From positions 6,572,001 to 6,636,000 of the forward strand of contig OX597843.1 in NCBI GenBank assembly GCA_951406725.2: a stretch of 64,000 bases of DNA, in the 5' to 3' direction. A program made the translations under genes and the position numbers. The DNA comes from Octopus vulgaris. Taxonomy: Eukaryota. The notes below the pieces were generated by a model. It saw only the letters and a list, made by a program, of their open reading frames with translations. It was not told the origin of the DNA and did not search any database. Shown piece by piece: positions 28,432 to 40,909 of this stretch. Positions within the stretch are counted from its first letter, which is position 1; every line of letters starts with the position of its first letter.

Positions 28432-29639
28432 TACTACTTAAAAGGATTTAAGTAACCATTTGTGTGTGTGTGTATGTATATATACATATATATGTATATA
28501 CATATATATATATATAAACACACCCCCTATTTCTGTAATAAAAGTATACACACGTACAAAGATAAAACGGGTTATACACACCTACTGACAAATCATGGAT
28601 GTATATCAATAAATCTACACAATGTATATATAAAACACATTTACACATACAAATATACATATATTCAACACATACCTCTATATACACACACACATCCAAA
28701 TACATATATACATTTATATATGTATATAAAACCACTAATTGCCACACACACACACATATATTATATATATATAGTCACGGTAATATACATACATTCAGCT
28801 AAGCCATGCAATACATATGCACAACAGAAGCCGCTTATTATGATCACTTTCCTGAACATCAACCATCTGATAATAAACAATTATAAACACTCTGATGTTG
28901 ATAACAATAACCGATCGGTGACGCTGGCCGTGAGTATAATAAGCGGCTTCTTTCTGCACCATGGAGATTCCTCGAGGAATCTACCTGAAAGAACAGCCAG
29001 GTAGATTTTCCCAGGATTTTTTCCGGGTATATTTTTTAAGGAGGTACCCGATATGTTGTCGGGTAAATAGATGCAAGGCAGGCTCACCACGTCCACCCGG
29101 ATGCTTCTGAAATATCAAAGGAGCCGGTTCAAATGTCACATCTACCAGGGTACCCCCAGGACCTTAACGGTGCCAGAACGAGTACCCTACCTGTCTGGGT
29201 AGGTACCCTTAGAACGTCAAAGGAGCAACAGATGTTGCATCAGGCTGCGCATCCCCTGAATATTAAGAGATCCCTGTTCAAACAGTCATCTACCTCAGTA
29301 CCCCGGGACACTAAAAAGAGAGAAACAAATACCTTACCCACCCGAGTAACCCCAGAACACTAAATACCCCAGATCAGACACTGTCCACCGACCTGAGCAC
29401 CCCAGAACATTAAAGAAGGAACAAACAGTGAAAAGTGTTCTGTCCAATGCTCCAAAGATTCGGCCCACGACAGGTTTTATATTTTATCGACCCCGGAGCG
29501 ATGAAAGACAACGATCGACTTTGGCAGGATTCGAACTCGGAAGCGGCGAGGTTGAAAAGCCGAAATAAAAACCGGCGAAACATTTTTATAAAAGGGATTC
29601 CGACGCTCAAACGATTCTTTCAATCATTCGATCGCAAAA

Positions 29640-29819
29640 CACACATATATATATATATACACACATACAAGACTTAATGTGTGTGTATATGTCTATACAC
29701 ACTATATATGTATATATATATATAGATTCCGACATGGAGGCAAGCATATATATATATACACACATCTATAAATACATTCATTCCATCTAGGCACACACGT
29801 ATATACGCAAACATTCCAG

Positions 29820-29850
<31 letters not shown>

Positions 29851-29985
29851 GCATACACACACATATATATGCATGCACGCGCGCGTATAAACGGCATTCT
29901 ACACTCAGACTCATATACGCAGTATATATATACATATATATATATATTCACATAGACATACAAAATTATACATATAGATACACAG

Positions 29986-30028
<43 letters not shown>

Positions 30029-31600
30029 AGGCGATCGACATCATCCACAGAAATAGCAACAAATACATATATATACGCATATTCAAATAAACTCACATTT
30101 TAGAAATATATACATACAATATACACACTCGTTGTGTGATCATAATACACACACACATTTTATAAATATATATTCATATACACAATCAAATACTTTAACA
30201 TATTTTAAATAATCATATACATACACAAATAGTCAAGTAGGCTTATATATACATATATATGTATATATGTAGGCTTATATATATACACACACACACACAC
30301 ATATATATATATACACACACACATATATATATAAGTAGACTTATATATACATATATATACACATATATATATACACATGCAAGTACAAATTTTCACACAC
30401 ACACACACACACACATATATATAGACACACACACATATATATATATACACACACACAAATATATATACATACACACACATGCACATAAAATACTTATACA
30501 CATTTGAAATAATCATATACATACACAAATAGTCAAGTAGGCTTATATATACACACACACACATATATATATATACACACACATGCAAATACAAAATTTT
30601 TTACACATACACACACACATATATATACATACACACACATATATATATACACATACAAATATAAATTTTACACATACACACACATATATACAAAATTTTT
30701 TACACATACACACATATATATATATATATATATATACATATATACACACACACACACATTCCCACATATATAAATCATATCCAAAGACCATCAATATACA
30801 CCTATAACATGAACATACATATATATACATTCTTATGAATAGCAAAAAGTATATATAGTGAAGAATACTTACTGTTGTGGGTGTATATATTTCTATAGAC
30901 TGGTGTCAGATGGCCAAGAAATAAATTAGATTTAAAAGACACCAACTTTTTCCTCTCTGTGTCACCTTTTCATCCGTCCTTCTGTCTATATATATCTGTG
31001 TATACAACAATCTGAGTGTATATTTATATATATATGTGTGTATGTATGTATAAAGTTACATATTGGAGCTGTTAAGACATTTAAATAGTTTCTACAGCTT
31101 CATATATACATATATATACACATGTATATATATTACAGCCTGTCTCTCCTTTATATATATGTGTGTGTATGTTTATATAGCTTTTATGTGGTGAACTGGG
31201 TGTATATATTTATATATCTTTGCAGATGTGTGTGTATATGCAGAGACAAAGCTATGTATGTATATAGCGTCGGCTTCCTTCTCTCTCAATATATACACCT
31301 TGATCTTCAGATCTCTTTATATACGCACAAGGATTTCTGTACAACTGTTTATATAGCAATCTGTGTGTGTATATATGTGTGTATATGTGTATATATGTGT
31401 ATATATGTATGTATATGTGTATATATGTGTATATGTGTATATATGTGTGTATATGTTTATATATATGTATATATATGTGTATATGTGTATATATGTGTGT
31501 ATATGTATATATATGTGTATATGTGTGTATATATGTATGTATATATGTGTATATATGTGTGTATATGTGTATATATGGGTGTATATAGAGAGACAAAGCT
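29640..31600. repeat. Compound (TA)n/(CA)n/(TG)n microsatellite field (similar fields at 7240-7710, 25190-25680, 37430-38350, 42055-42305, 43750-44210, 47461-47756)
   Basis: Dinucleotide-derived low-complexity sequence giving [12 protein letters not shown] pseudo-ORFs. Confidence 0.95.
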
Positions 31601-32499
31601 GTGTGTGTGTGTTGATTGCGTCAGGTTATCCAAATGAACTTCAAATATTTTCCGGCTTTTTTTTCAAAATACACCTATATACACTCACACACGTATATAT
31701 ATGTGTGTATATATATCTGTGTGCAGTAGTACAGCAAAGTGAGTGTGTATATATATGTATGTATGTATGTATGTATTTATGTGAGATCAAGTGAAACAAA
31801 GCTGTATATATGATTATATATACGTCTGTGTGTGTATATAAATATATATATATATGTACGTGTGTGTGTATATAGCGTCAGTTAAACATCCAAACACGTT
31901 AGTGTCTCTCTCCGGCTTCCCTCTCTATATACACACGCACACGTATATATATATGTGTGTATATATACGTGTGTATACACACCGGTATATCTCCTTTATA
32001 GATGAGTATATATAAATGCAATCACATACAACTGCCTTTACAGCAAACAGTGTATAATAACAATGTATATATATACACGTATATAAATATATATTCACAT
32101 ATATATACGAGTGTTTATAGAGGGACGATCAGAGGTGTGTATATATATATATACAAGAGGCGGCGTCAGATTCTACATCCCTCAGCCTCTCCGGCCTTCC
32201 TCTCTTATATACACCTCGATGTATATATAATCTACAGCTGCTATACAATGATCTGGGTGTCTAAATATTCATACATCCATGTAGGTCCGTGTCTATATAC
32301 ACACGTATATTTATAGAGAGAGAGGTGGGTATATATAGAGAGAGAAAGAGAGAGACCCGTCAGATCGAACCCATGGACGGGACACCTAAACCATCCCGGG
32401 TCCTTCCCTCTCGGTATATATACACCTGTCCCTCACTTAAATGTATGTATATATATATGGTTGTGTGTATAGCACACTGGGTGTATATAGTGTCTCTGT

Positions 32500-32690
32500 G
32501 TGTGTGTGCGTGATGGTAGGCGATCTACATGTGTGGTAAAAGGTGGAGCAAAAGCGACAGCATTCGGTGCCGCTGTCCTTTCGGCTCCTCTCCAGGTCTT
32601 CTTCGCTTCAGACTTTGCACTCACCTTGCCGGAAGTGACTCATACCCGGAGCATGCGCACACGCCGCTCTGCCAACCTGGTGGGGGGAAT
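32500..32690. promoter_or_regulatory. CpG-island-like element with adjacent ETS, AP-1 and NRF1-like motifs and a minus-strand consensus splice donor
   Basis: CCGGAAGTG (32629-32637) overlaps TGACTCA (32636-32642), followed by GCATGCGCA (32651-32659). Minus strand reads AAG|GTGAGT at 32625/32624. Confidence 0.45.
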
Positions 32691-33003
32691 TATTATTATT
32701 ATGGTGATGGTGGTGATGATGATGATGAGGGTGGTGGTGGAGATGGTGGAAGCTGTAGTGGTGGTGGTGGTGGCGGGAGCGCCGGCATAAATGGTGGTGG
32801 TGGTGGTGGTGGAGATGGTGGAAGCGGTGGCGGGAGCGCCGGCGTAACTGGTGGTGGTGAAGATGATGGTGGAGATGGTGGCGGGAGCGCCGGCGTATGT
32901 GGTGGTGGTGATGATGATGATGGTGGAGATGGTGGCAGCCGTAGTGCTGGTGGTGGCGGGAGCGCCGGCGTAAGTAGTGGTGGTGCTGGTGGTGGTGGTG
33001 GGT

Positions 33004-33216
33004 ACTATTTAAGAAGAGTGGTCCCGGTGCGCGCATCCGCGCTAGCCAGTCGTGACTAGTCGATCCTTACTTTGTGTTTTTTTGTTTTATTTACCTTGTT
33101 TTTTAAAATTATTTATTTTGTGTTTTATTTACTTTTGCAAGGTAGTCGTTGTAGGATCGACTGGTCACGACTAGCTAGTGCGGATGCACGCACCGGGACC
33201 ACTGTTCTTAAGTAGT
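33004..33216. repeat. Inverted repeat: 64-bp arms (33004-33067 / 33153-33216), 85-bp AT-rich spacer
   Basis: Arms are reverse complements with 6 mismatches in 64 and no gaps. Confidence 0.92.
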
Positions 33217-33814
33217 CACCGGTGATGATGGGTTTGGATGGTAGCGGTGGATGGTTTCGGTGGAAGTGGTGGTGGTGATGATGAAGGTGGAGGTGGTGGT
33301 GGTGATAATAGCAATGGTCTTGATGGTAGTGGCGTTGGTGATGGTGGTGGTGGTGGTGGTGATGGTGGCGGTGGTGGTGATAATAGTGGTGGTGGTGGCA
33401 GCGCCGGCGTATGAGGTGGTGATGGTGATGGTGATGGCGGTGGCGGTAGTGATGGCGATGGGGGAATTGTAACAGCGTCGGTGGCGATGGCGGCGTCGGC
33501 GGCGGGAAGAAACCGGCGGTCCTCACCACAGATGGACCGCTTCACCTACCTCCATCTCTTCAATGCTTATCTAATTCCCCTGGTCTTGAATTAAATCACA
33601 ATCTCTCTCTTACAGACTCCAGATTCCAATGGAGTTTGATTGTTTGTCTCTCAGAATGCCCTTTGTAGGCTCGGTGCAAGAGGCCCGATGTGGTCGGTTT
33701 GAAGGTTTTGGGCGGGAGATGACCTCTTCGAAAAGCTAAGGAATTAAGGAGGCAGACGATCAGTAAATTGAATCTGGAAGGGTCTGGTGAATGGATGCAT
33801 GTATGAACCAACAA

Positions 33815-34860
33815 GGTGGACCCCTCCATGGTAGCTAGACTTGGTAGAAATAACAGCCAAATCTCCCTCACATCACACACTACTGTTTTGCGAATAAATC
33901 TATGTAGGAACCGATGAGGGAGACCTCTACATGGTAGCTAGACCTCCTAGAAATAGCAGCCAACTCTCCCTCAAATCACACCCTACTATCTTATCTATGA
34001 ACCAGCGAGGGAGACCTCTACATGGTACCAAGACATGGTAGAAATAGCAGCCAACTCTCCCTCAAATCACACCTTACTATCTTATCTATGTATATATGTA
34101 TGAGCCAATGTGGGAGACCTCAACATGGTAGCTAGACCTCCTAGAAGTAGCAGCCAAATCTCCCTCAAATCATACCTTACTATCTTATCTACGTATATAT
34201 GTATGAGCCAATGTGGGAGACCTCTACATGGTAGCTAGACCTCCTAGAAGTAGCAGCCAAATCTCCCTCAAATCATACCTTACTATCTTATCTATGTATA
34301 TATGTATGAGCCAATGTGGGAGACCTCTACATGGTAGCTAGACCTCCTAGAAGTAGCAGCCAAATCTCCCTCAAATCACACCTTACTATCTTATCTATGT
34401 ATGAACCGAGGGAGACCTCTACATGGTAGCTAGACCTCCTAGAAATAGCAGCCAAATCTCCCTCAAATCACACCTTACTATCTTATCTATGTATGAACCG
34501 AGGGAGACCTCTACATGGTAGCTAGACCTCCTAGAAGTAGCAGCCAAATCTCCCTCAAATCACACCTTACTATCTTATCTATGTATGAACCGAGGGAGAC
34601 CTCTACATGGTAGCTAGACCTCCTAGAAGTAGCAGCCAAATCTCCCTCAAATCATACCTTACTATCTTATCTATGTATATATGTATGAGCCAATGTGGGA
34701 GACCTCTACATGGTAGCTAGACCTCCTAGAAGTAGCAGCCAAATCTCCCTCAAATCACACCTTACTATCTTATCTATGTATGAACCGAGGGAGACCTCTA
34801 CATGGTAGCTAGACCTCCTAGAAATAGCAGCCAAATCTCCCTCAAATCACACCCTATTAT
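33815..34860 (+). repeat. Minisatellite, about 11 copies of a 92/103-bp unit
   Basis: GAGACC unit starts at 33920, 34011, 34114, 34217, 34320, 34412, 34504, 34596, 34699 and 34791, plus a degenerate copy near 33817. Core AGAAATAGCAGCCAAATCTCCCTCAAATCACACC. Confidence 0.95.
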
Positions 34861-35124
34861 TCCTAGATACACTATGCCAGAATAAAAGACAGGCTGGCCA
34901 CAGCTGGGACTCATCAGGGGTTAAACCACAACAAAAGGGACAACAACAACAACAACAACAGACACAAGGCCCCCTTCCTCCCCCCTCCCTATATCAGATT
35001 TTTCTGACAGTTGCTAACTTCTTGGCAGGGAGGTATTTCCTGTCTGTCTGTCTGTCTGTCTCCCCACCCACCCTTTCTGCTACCCCTACCCCCCTCTGCG
35101 AAGGGGTCCCACATATTAACAACT

Positions 35125-35392
<268 letters not shown>

Positions 35393-37982
35393 AAGAGGAG
35401 GAGGATGGGGATGTGTGTGTTTATTTCTTTTATTTCATTTATCAGACTCTGGCCACGCTGGAGCAATACTGCCTTGAAGAACATTAGTTGAATCTACTCT
35501 GGGACATATTTTTTGTGTCTTTTTTTTTTGTTTTTTAAGCCTGGCTACGTATTCTTTCAGTCTCTTTTTGCCAAACTGCTAAGTCACAAGGACATAAATG
35601 CTCTGACACCAGTCGTCAAGCAGTGGTGGGAGACAAACACACACACACATATAACAGGCTTCTTTCAGTTTCCCTCTACCAAATCCACTCACAAGGCTTT
35701 GATCAGCCCATGGCTATATTAGAAGACACTTACCCATGGGACTATGCAGTGGGACTGAACATGGAACCATGCACCTACACAACAGGCTTCTTTCAGTTTC
35801 CGTCTACCAAATCCACTCACAAGGCATTGGTCAGCCCGGGGCTATAGTAGAAGACACTTGCCCAAGGTGTCACGCAGTGGGACTGAACCCGGAACCATGT
35901 GGTAAGGCATATGTGTGTGTGTGTGAGTGTATGTATGTATATGTGTGTATATACGTGTGTATGTGTGTGCTTATATGCATGTGCCCATGTGTGCGTGTGC
36001 ACGTGTGTGTATGTGTATATGCATGCGCACGTGTACGCTATGTGTGTGTGTGCATGTGTACATGCATGTGTGTGTGCATGTGTACATGCATGTGTGTGTG
36101 TGCATGTGTATGCGTGTACATGTGTGTGTGTGTGTGTGTCTTTGTGTTTGTGTTTTGTCTGTTGCTCTCCGTCATTTTGTGACAACTGGTGCTGGTTTGT
36201 TTACGTCCCTGCCACTTAGTGACTTCATAAAAAGTGACCAATGAAACAACCACCCAACCCCAATGTAAAGAAGTTGACCAGTTGGACCCCTAAAAACCGT
36301 TCAGGACACATTTAGATACAGGCATACACCTGAATGTATTCTTGGCTGTGTGGTAAGAAGCTTGCTTCCCAACCATATCAATCTGGGTTCAGTCCCACAG
36401 CGTGGCACCTTAGGATAGGGTCTTCCACTATATATTTCTTTACTACCCACAAGGGGCTAAACACAGAGGGGACAAACAAGGACAGACAAACGGATTAAGT
36501 CGATTACATCAACCCCAGTGCAAAACTGGTACTTAATTTAACGACCCCCGAAAGGATGAAAGGCAAAGTCGATCTCGGCGGAATTTGAACTCAGAACGTA
36601 ACGACAGACGAAATACCGCTAAGCATTTCGCCCGGCGTGCTAACGATTCTGCCAGCCCACCGCCTTCCACTATAGCTTTGGGCTGACCAAAGCCTTTTGA
36701 GAGTATTTGGTAGACGGAAACTGAAAGAAGCCCATAACATCTGTTTGTGAAACAGATAAAAGATACACACACACATACTTGGAATATATATATACTATAG
36801 AGAGGAAGTGAAGGCAAGGGGTGAGGTTGGGGTGAAGGTGGTGAAGGGTGTTCAGGGAGGGTGGGGTGTACCAAGCATTGGCCACCTACACCACCACCCC
36901 CTTCTTTATATTTCACCACCCTTTTCAACATTAGCAGCAGACGGGGGAGGGGTGGAGGGTGGGAGTGAGAGGTTCGAGGGATGGGATTATGGTTTGGATG
37001 TTGGAGGGGGGGAAAGTGGGTGTGTGGGGGTGGCGCAGTGGAATGGAGTCAGACGCTTGGGGGTGTCGGTGGCGGTGCTGGTGTTGGTGGTGAGCCTTGG
37101 GGGAACAGACAGAGTATGCGGAGGGGAACAGCTCCCTTGATTCTTCAGTTCATCTGAGTCACCACCCTAGACACACTCCCTCCACACACACACACACACC
37201 TCACCAACACCCCCGACCCCCCACCACCATCTCCTGTTTAGCACTTCATAATAATGCATAGGAGATTGTGCTGGTGGTGATGGTGAGGAAAGCAACGGAG
37301 CCTACCTTTTGCTCCTCTCTGCTCATCCCCCCACTCCTCCTCCTCCTCTTCTGCCTCGTTAAAGAAAGGAGGGAGTGCGATGCAGGGATCTCTGCTCCAT
37401 CATCACTTCTCCCCCATCACTGTCTGTCACCATACATATATACATACATATGTATATATAATGTATATATACATGCATATATATATATATATATATATAT
37501 ACATATGTATGTATGTATATATATATGTATATGTATATGTATATATATGTATGCATGTGTACATATATACATGAATATATATGTGTGTGTGCATGTGTAT
37601 ACACACACACACATATATATATACACACATACACACACATATACAAACACACACACATATATGTATGTATGTATGTCTATATGTGTGTGTCATTGTATAG
37701 GTATGTGTGTGTGTATGCGTATGTCTATTGGTGTTCCTTGATGAGAAATAACCCCTTATTTGGTACCCTGGAGTAAGTACCTCCAGGGATAGGGTGAAGA
37801 GCAGGGTGATGGAGGAGGGGGGACAGTGATGAGGGGCCCCTTGGAGGGGAGGAAGGTCTTCAAAGAATTTCAATAGTTACAGTTGTCTCATGACTGTCTT
37901 TCTTCCTTTTTGCATTTTGGTTATATATACACATACATATACATACATACATACATATATATATATATATACACACACACAT

Positions 37983-38021
<39 letters not shown>

Positions 38022-38268
38022 CATATACATATATATATATATATATATATACACATACATATACATACAAACATACATATATATACATATATATATAAAT
38101 ATAGGCACAGGACACTAACCAACCACACAGGTTCACACTGCGTGGCACCGGCAACACCAATGCCACGGAAACTGAAAGAAGCCTGGCGTATATATATATA
38201 TATATATATATATGTGTTTGTCCCCTATATCATCATCGTTTAGCGTCCGTTTTCCATGCTAGCATGGG

Positions 38269-38342
<74 letters not shown>

Positions 38343-38369
38343 GCACACACACATATTCTTTTCTTTATT

Positions 38370-38758
38370 TGTTCTTTTGTTTGTTTCAGCCGTTTGACTG
38401 TGGCCATACTGGAGCACTGCCTTTAGTCGAGCAAGTCGACCCCGGCACTTATTCTTTGCAGGGCCTAGTACTTATTCTGCCGGTCTCTTTTGCTGAACCA
38501 CTAAGTTACAGGGACGTAAACACACCTACATCAGTGTCAAGCGATGCTGGGGGGACAAACAGACACACAAACATATACACTCACACACACATATACATAT
38601 ATACGACGGACTTCTTTCAGTTTCCGTCTACCAAATCCACTCACAAGGCATTGGTCGGCCCGAGGCTATAGTAGAAGACACTTGCCCAAGATGCCATGCA
38701 GTGGGACTGAACCCGGGACCATGTGGTTGGTAAGCAAGCTACTTACCACACAGCCACT
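38370..38758 (-). mobile_element. SINE family A copy immediately upstream of the defensin promoter
   Basis: Reverse complement match to the family A consensus; head ends about 200 bp before the defensin ATG. Confidence 0.88.
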
Positions 38759-38759
38759 A

Positions 38760-38925
38760 TTTTCATTTATCTTCCCTTACATTTCCAGAGATAATGAATG
38801 AGGTCTCACTGATAAAACCCCACTGCCAGATCAACTGCCCTCTCTCACATGTGAACCTAGCACCTGCTTATCTCAAGATCTGTCAGTTATTATACACATT
38901 GAGAAGACACAATTGATAATATTCA
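38760..38925 (+). promoter_or_regulatory. Putative defensin proximal promoter: five WGATAA sites, E-boxes and an Inr-like TCAGTT
   Basis: GATA motifs at 38767, 38789, 38810, 38868 and 38914. E-boxes CAACTG, CACATGTG and CACCTG. TCAGTT at 38883, about 75 nt before the ATG. Confidence 0.45.
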
Positions 38926-38959
38926 CCATTCTCTCCGACAGCAACAGATCTTGTCTACG

Positions 38960-39005
38960 ATGGCGTTCAAAGTGATTTTGGTAATTTTTCTACTCACCTT
39001 GTCAG
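38960..39005 (+). CDS. CS-alpha/beta defensin precursor, coding exon 1 (signal peptide MAFKVILVIFLLTLS + 1 nt)
   Basis: ATG at 38960 is followed by a Lys and a hydrophobic core. The exon ends at the donor TCAG|GTAAAA (intron starts 39006, phase 1) and splices in frame to exons 2 and 3. Confidence 0.88.
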
Positions 39006-39045
39006 GTAAAAATGATTACACTCTTGATCTCCCTACACACACACA

Positions 39046-39214
39046 CATATGAAGGAGTTTGATCATTATGTGGACAACCCTTATGCTAGAAGTAGATCCG
39101 CTATGGTGTTACCACTAAGAAATGTTCTCAAGAAAAATTTAGCAAACACCAGAACGAAAGTGGATCTACTTCTAGCAAAAGGGTTGTCCACATAGTGGTC
39201 ATCCCTCTCATATG
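39046..39214. repeat. Long inverted repeat/MITE in defensin intron 1
   Basis: 39061-39102 and 39159-39200 are reverse complements (42 bp, 4 mismatches); pairing extends loosely to CATATG at both ends. Confidence 0.88.
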
Positions 39215-39381
39215 AATGTAATACAATTTACTGAACCTTCAGATTTTTATATGCTTGACCACAGGTGTGAAATTGATGTTAATTAAATTAATATCCAGTT
39301 TCTCACCCTTGTTTCAGATTTAAATTTACATACACACACATATATATAAACATATATGTATGTGTGTATCTGTGCATGTGT

Positions 39382-39424
<43 letters not shown>

Positions 39425-40014
39425 CATACAGACACATATACATATATATATGCACACACACGCACTCACACATACACACACACACACATTTTGCATTTAC
39501 TGGTATCTGATTGTTGGATATAGTTAACCAAAGGATAAAAGGCAAAGTCGACCTCGGTGGAATTTGAACTCAGAACACAAAGACAGATGGAATACCACTA
39601 AACATGTGTGCTAACGTTTCTTATTTATTTACTACCCACAAGGGGCTAAACACAGAGGGGACAAACAAGGACAGACAAACGAGATTAAGTTGATTAGATC
39701 GACCCCAGTGCGTAACTGGTACTTATTTAATCGACCCCAAAAGGATGAATGGCAAAGTCGACCTCGGCAGAATTTGAACTCGGAATATAATGGCAGACAA
39801 AACACCGCTAAGCATTTTGCCCGGTCTGCTAACGTTTCTTGCCAGGTCACTGCCTTAAAGCAATAAATATTAATTAGGAGTATAACTATATTAATTTGGA
39901 GTGTGATTATATTAACCAGAGATGTTGAAAATGCTTAAATTCAAAAGGAAGGGTAAAAATCTCCATCGGAATAAATGTGTTTTTAATTTTTATTTCCTTA
40001 TTTTTTACTTCCAG

Positions 40015-40038
40015 GCATCAGTACTGCAACTTCCGAAG
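40015..40038 (+). CDS. Defensin precursor, 24-nt micro-exon 2 (GISTATSE: end of signal peptide, start of propiece)
   Basis: Long polypyrimidine tract TATTTCCTTATTTTTTACTTCCAG| and consensus donor GAAG|GTAAGT. Phase 1-1, so it preserves the frame and supplies a plausible S-T-A signal peptidase site. Confidence 0.88.
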
Positions 40039-40878
40039 GTAAGTGGACCCTATTCTATGCAAGATACAGGAGTTAAAAAAAAATTAAGTACTGCAAACTA
40101 ATGGTAGAGGATGTCCAATAAAGTACCTTGGTGGACACACATGTCCTAGTGGTTAGAGCAGCGGACTCGCAGTCGAGGGATCGCGGGTTCGAATCTCAGA
40201 CCGGGTGATGTGTGTGTTTATGAGCGAAACACCTGAGCTCTATGCGGCCCCAGCAGAAGGTAATGGTGAACTTATGCTGGCTCTTTTGCCACAACTTTCT
40301 CTCACTCTTTCCTCCTGCATCTTGAAGCTCACCTGTGACGGACAGGCGTCCCATCCAGGTGGGGAACCTATAAACCAAGGAAACCTTGGCAGTTTGCTGT
40401 GCTGAAGACGACATGTCAAGCCAAACGAAATCTCAGTGGTGGCCAGCGCTGGTGACACATAAAAGACGTGTATGCGAGGGGGGGGGACATGTGAAAGGCA
40501 CCCATTATACTCTTGGACTGGTTGCCAACTTTTGAACTTTTACCCACCCTATCTTCACACTTTGCCATTCTTTTTCCTTTTTCACTTCTTTCAACCTCTT
40601 CTTTTCTTCTCATTCAACATGCTGGACCGCTGACCTCTACAGGTTTCTTTCAATTTCTCTCTCTTTAATTCTCTTCTCTCTCTCTCTCTCTCTCTCTCCA
40701 TCTATCCATCCGTCTACCTATCTATTTAGTGTGTCTGTCTGTCTCTCTCTATCTATCTATCTATCTATCTATCTGCCTGTTTGTGTGTGTGTGTGTATAT
40801 ATATGTCTATATATATATATATATATGTATATATATGTATATATGTCTATATATATATGTCTATATATATATATACAT

Positions 40879-40909
<31 letters not shown>

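Noticed and set aside
33900-34860. CRISPR-like regular array
   Set aside because: Eukaryotic context, whole units repeat, no unique spacers, no cas genes.
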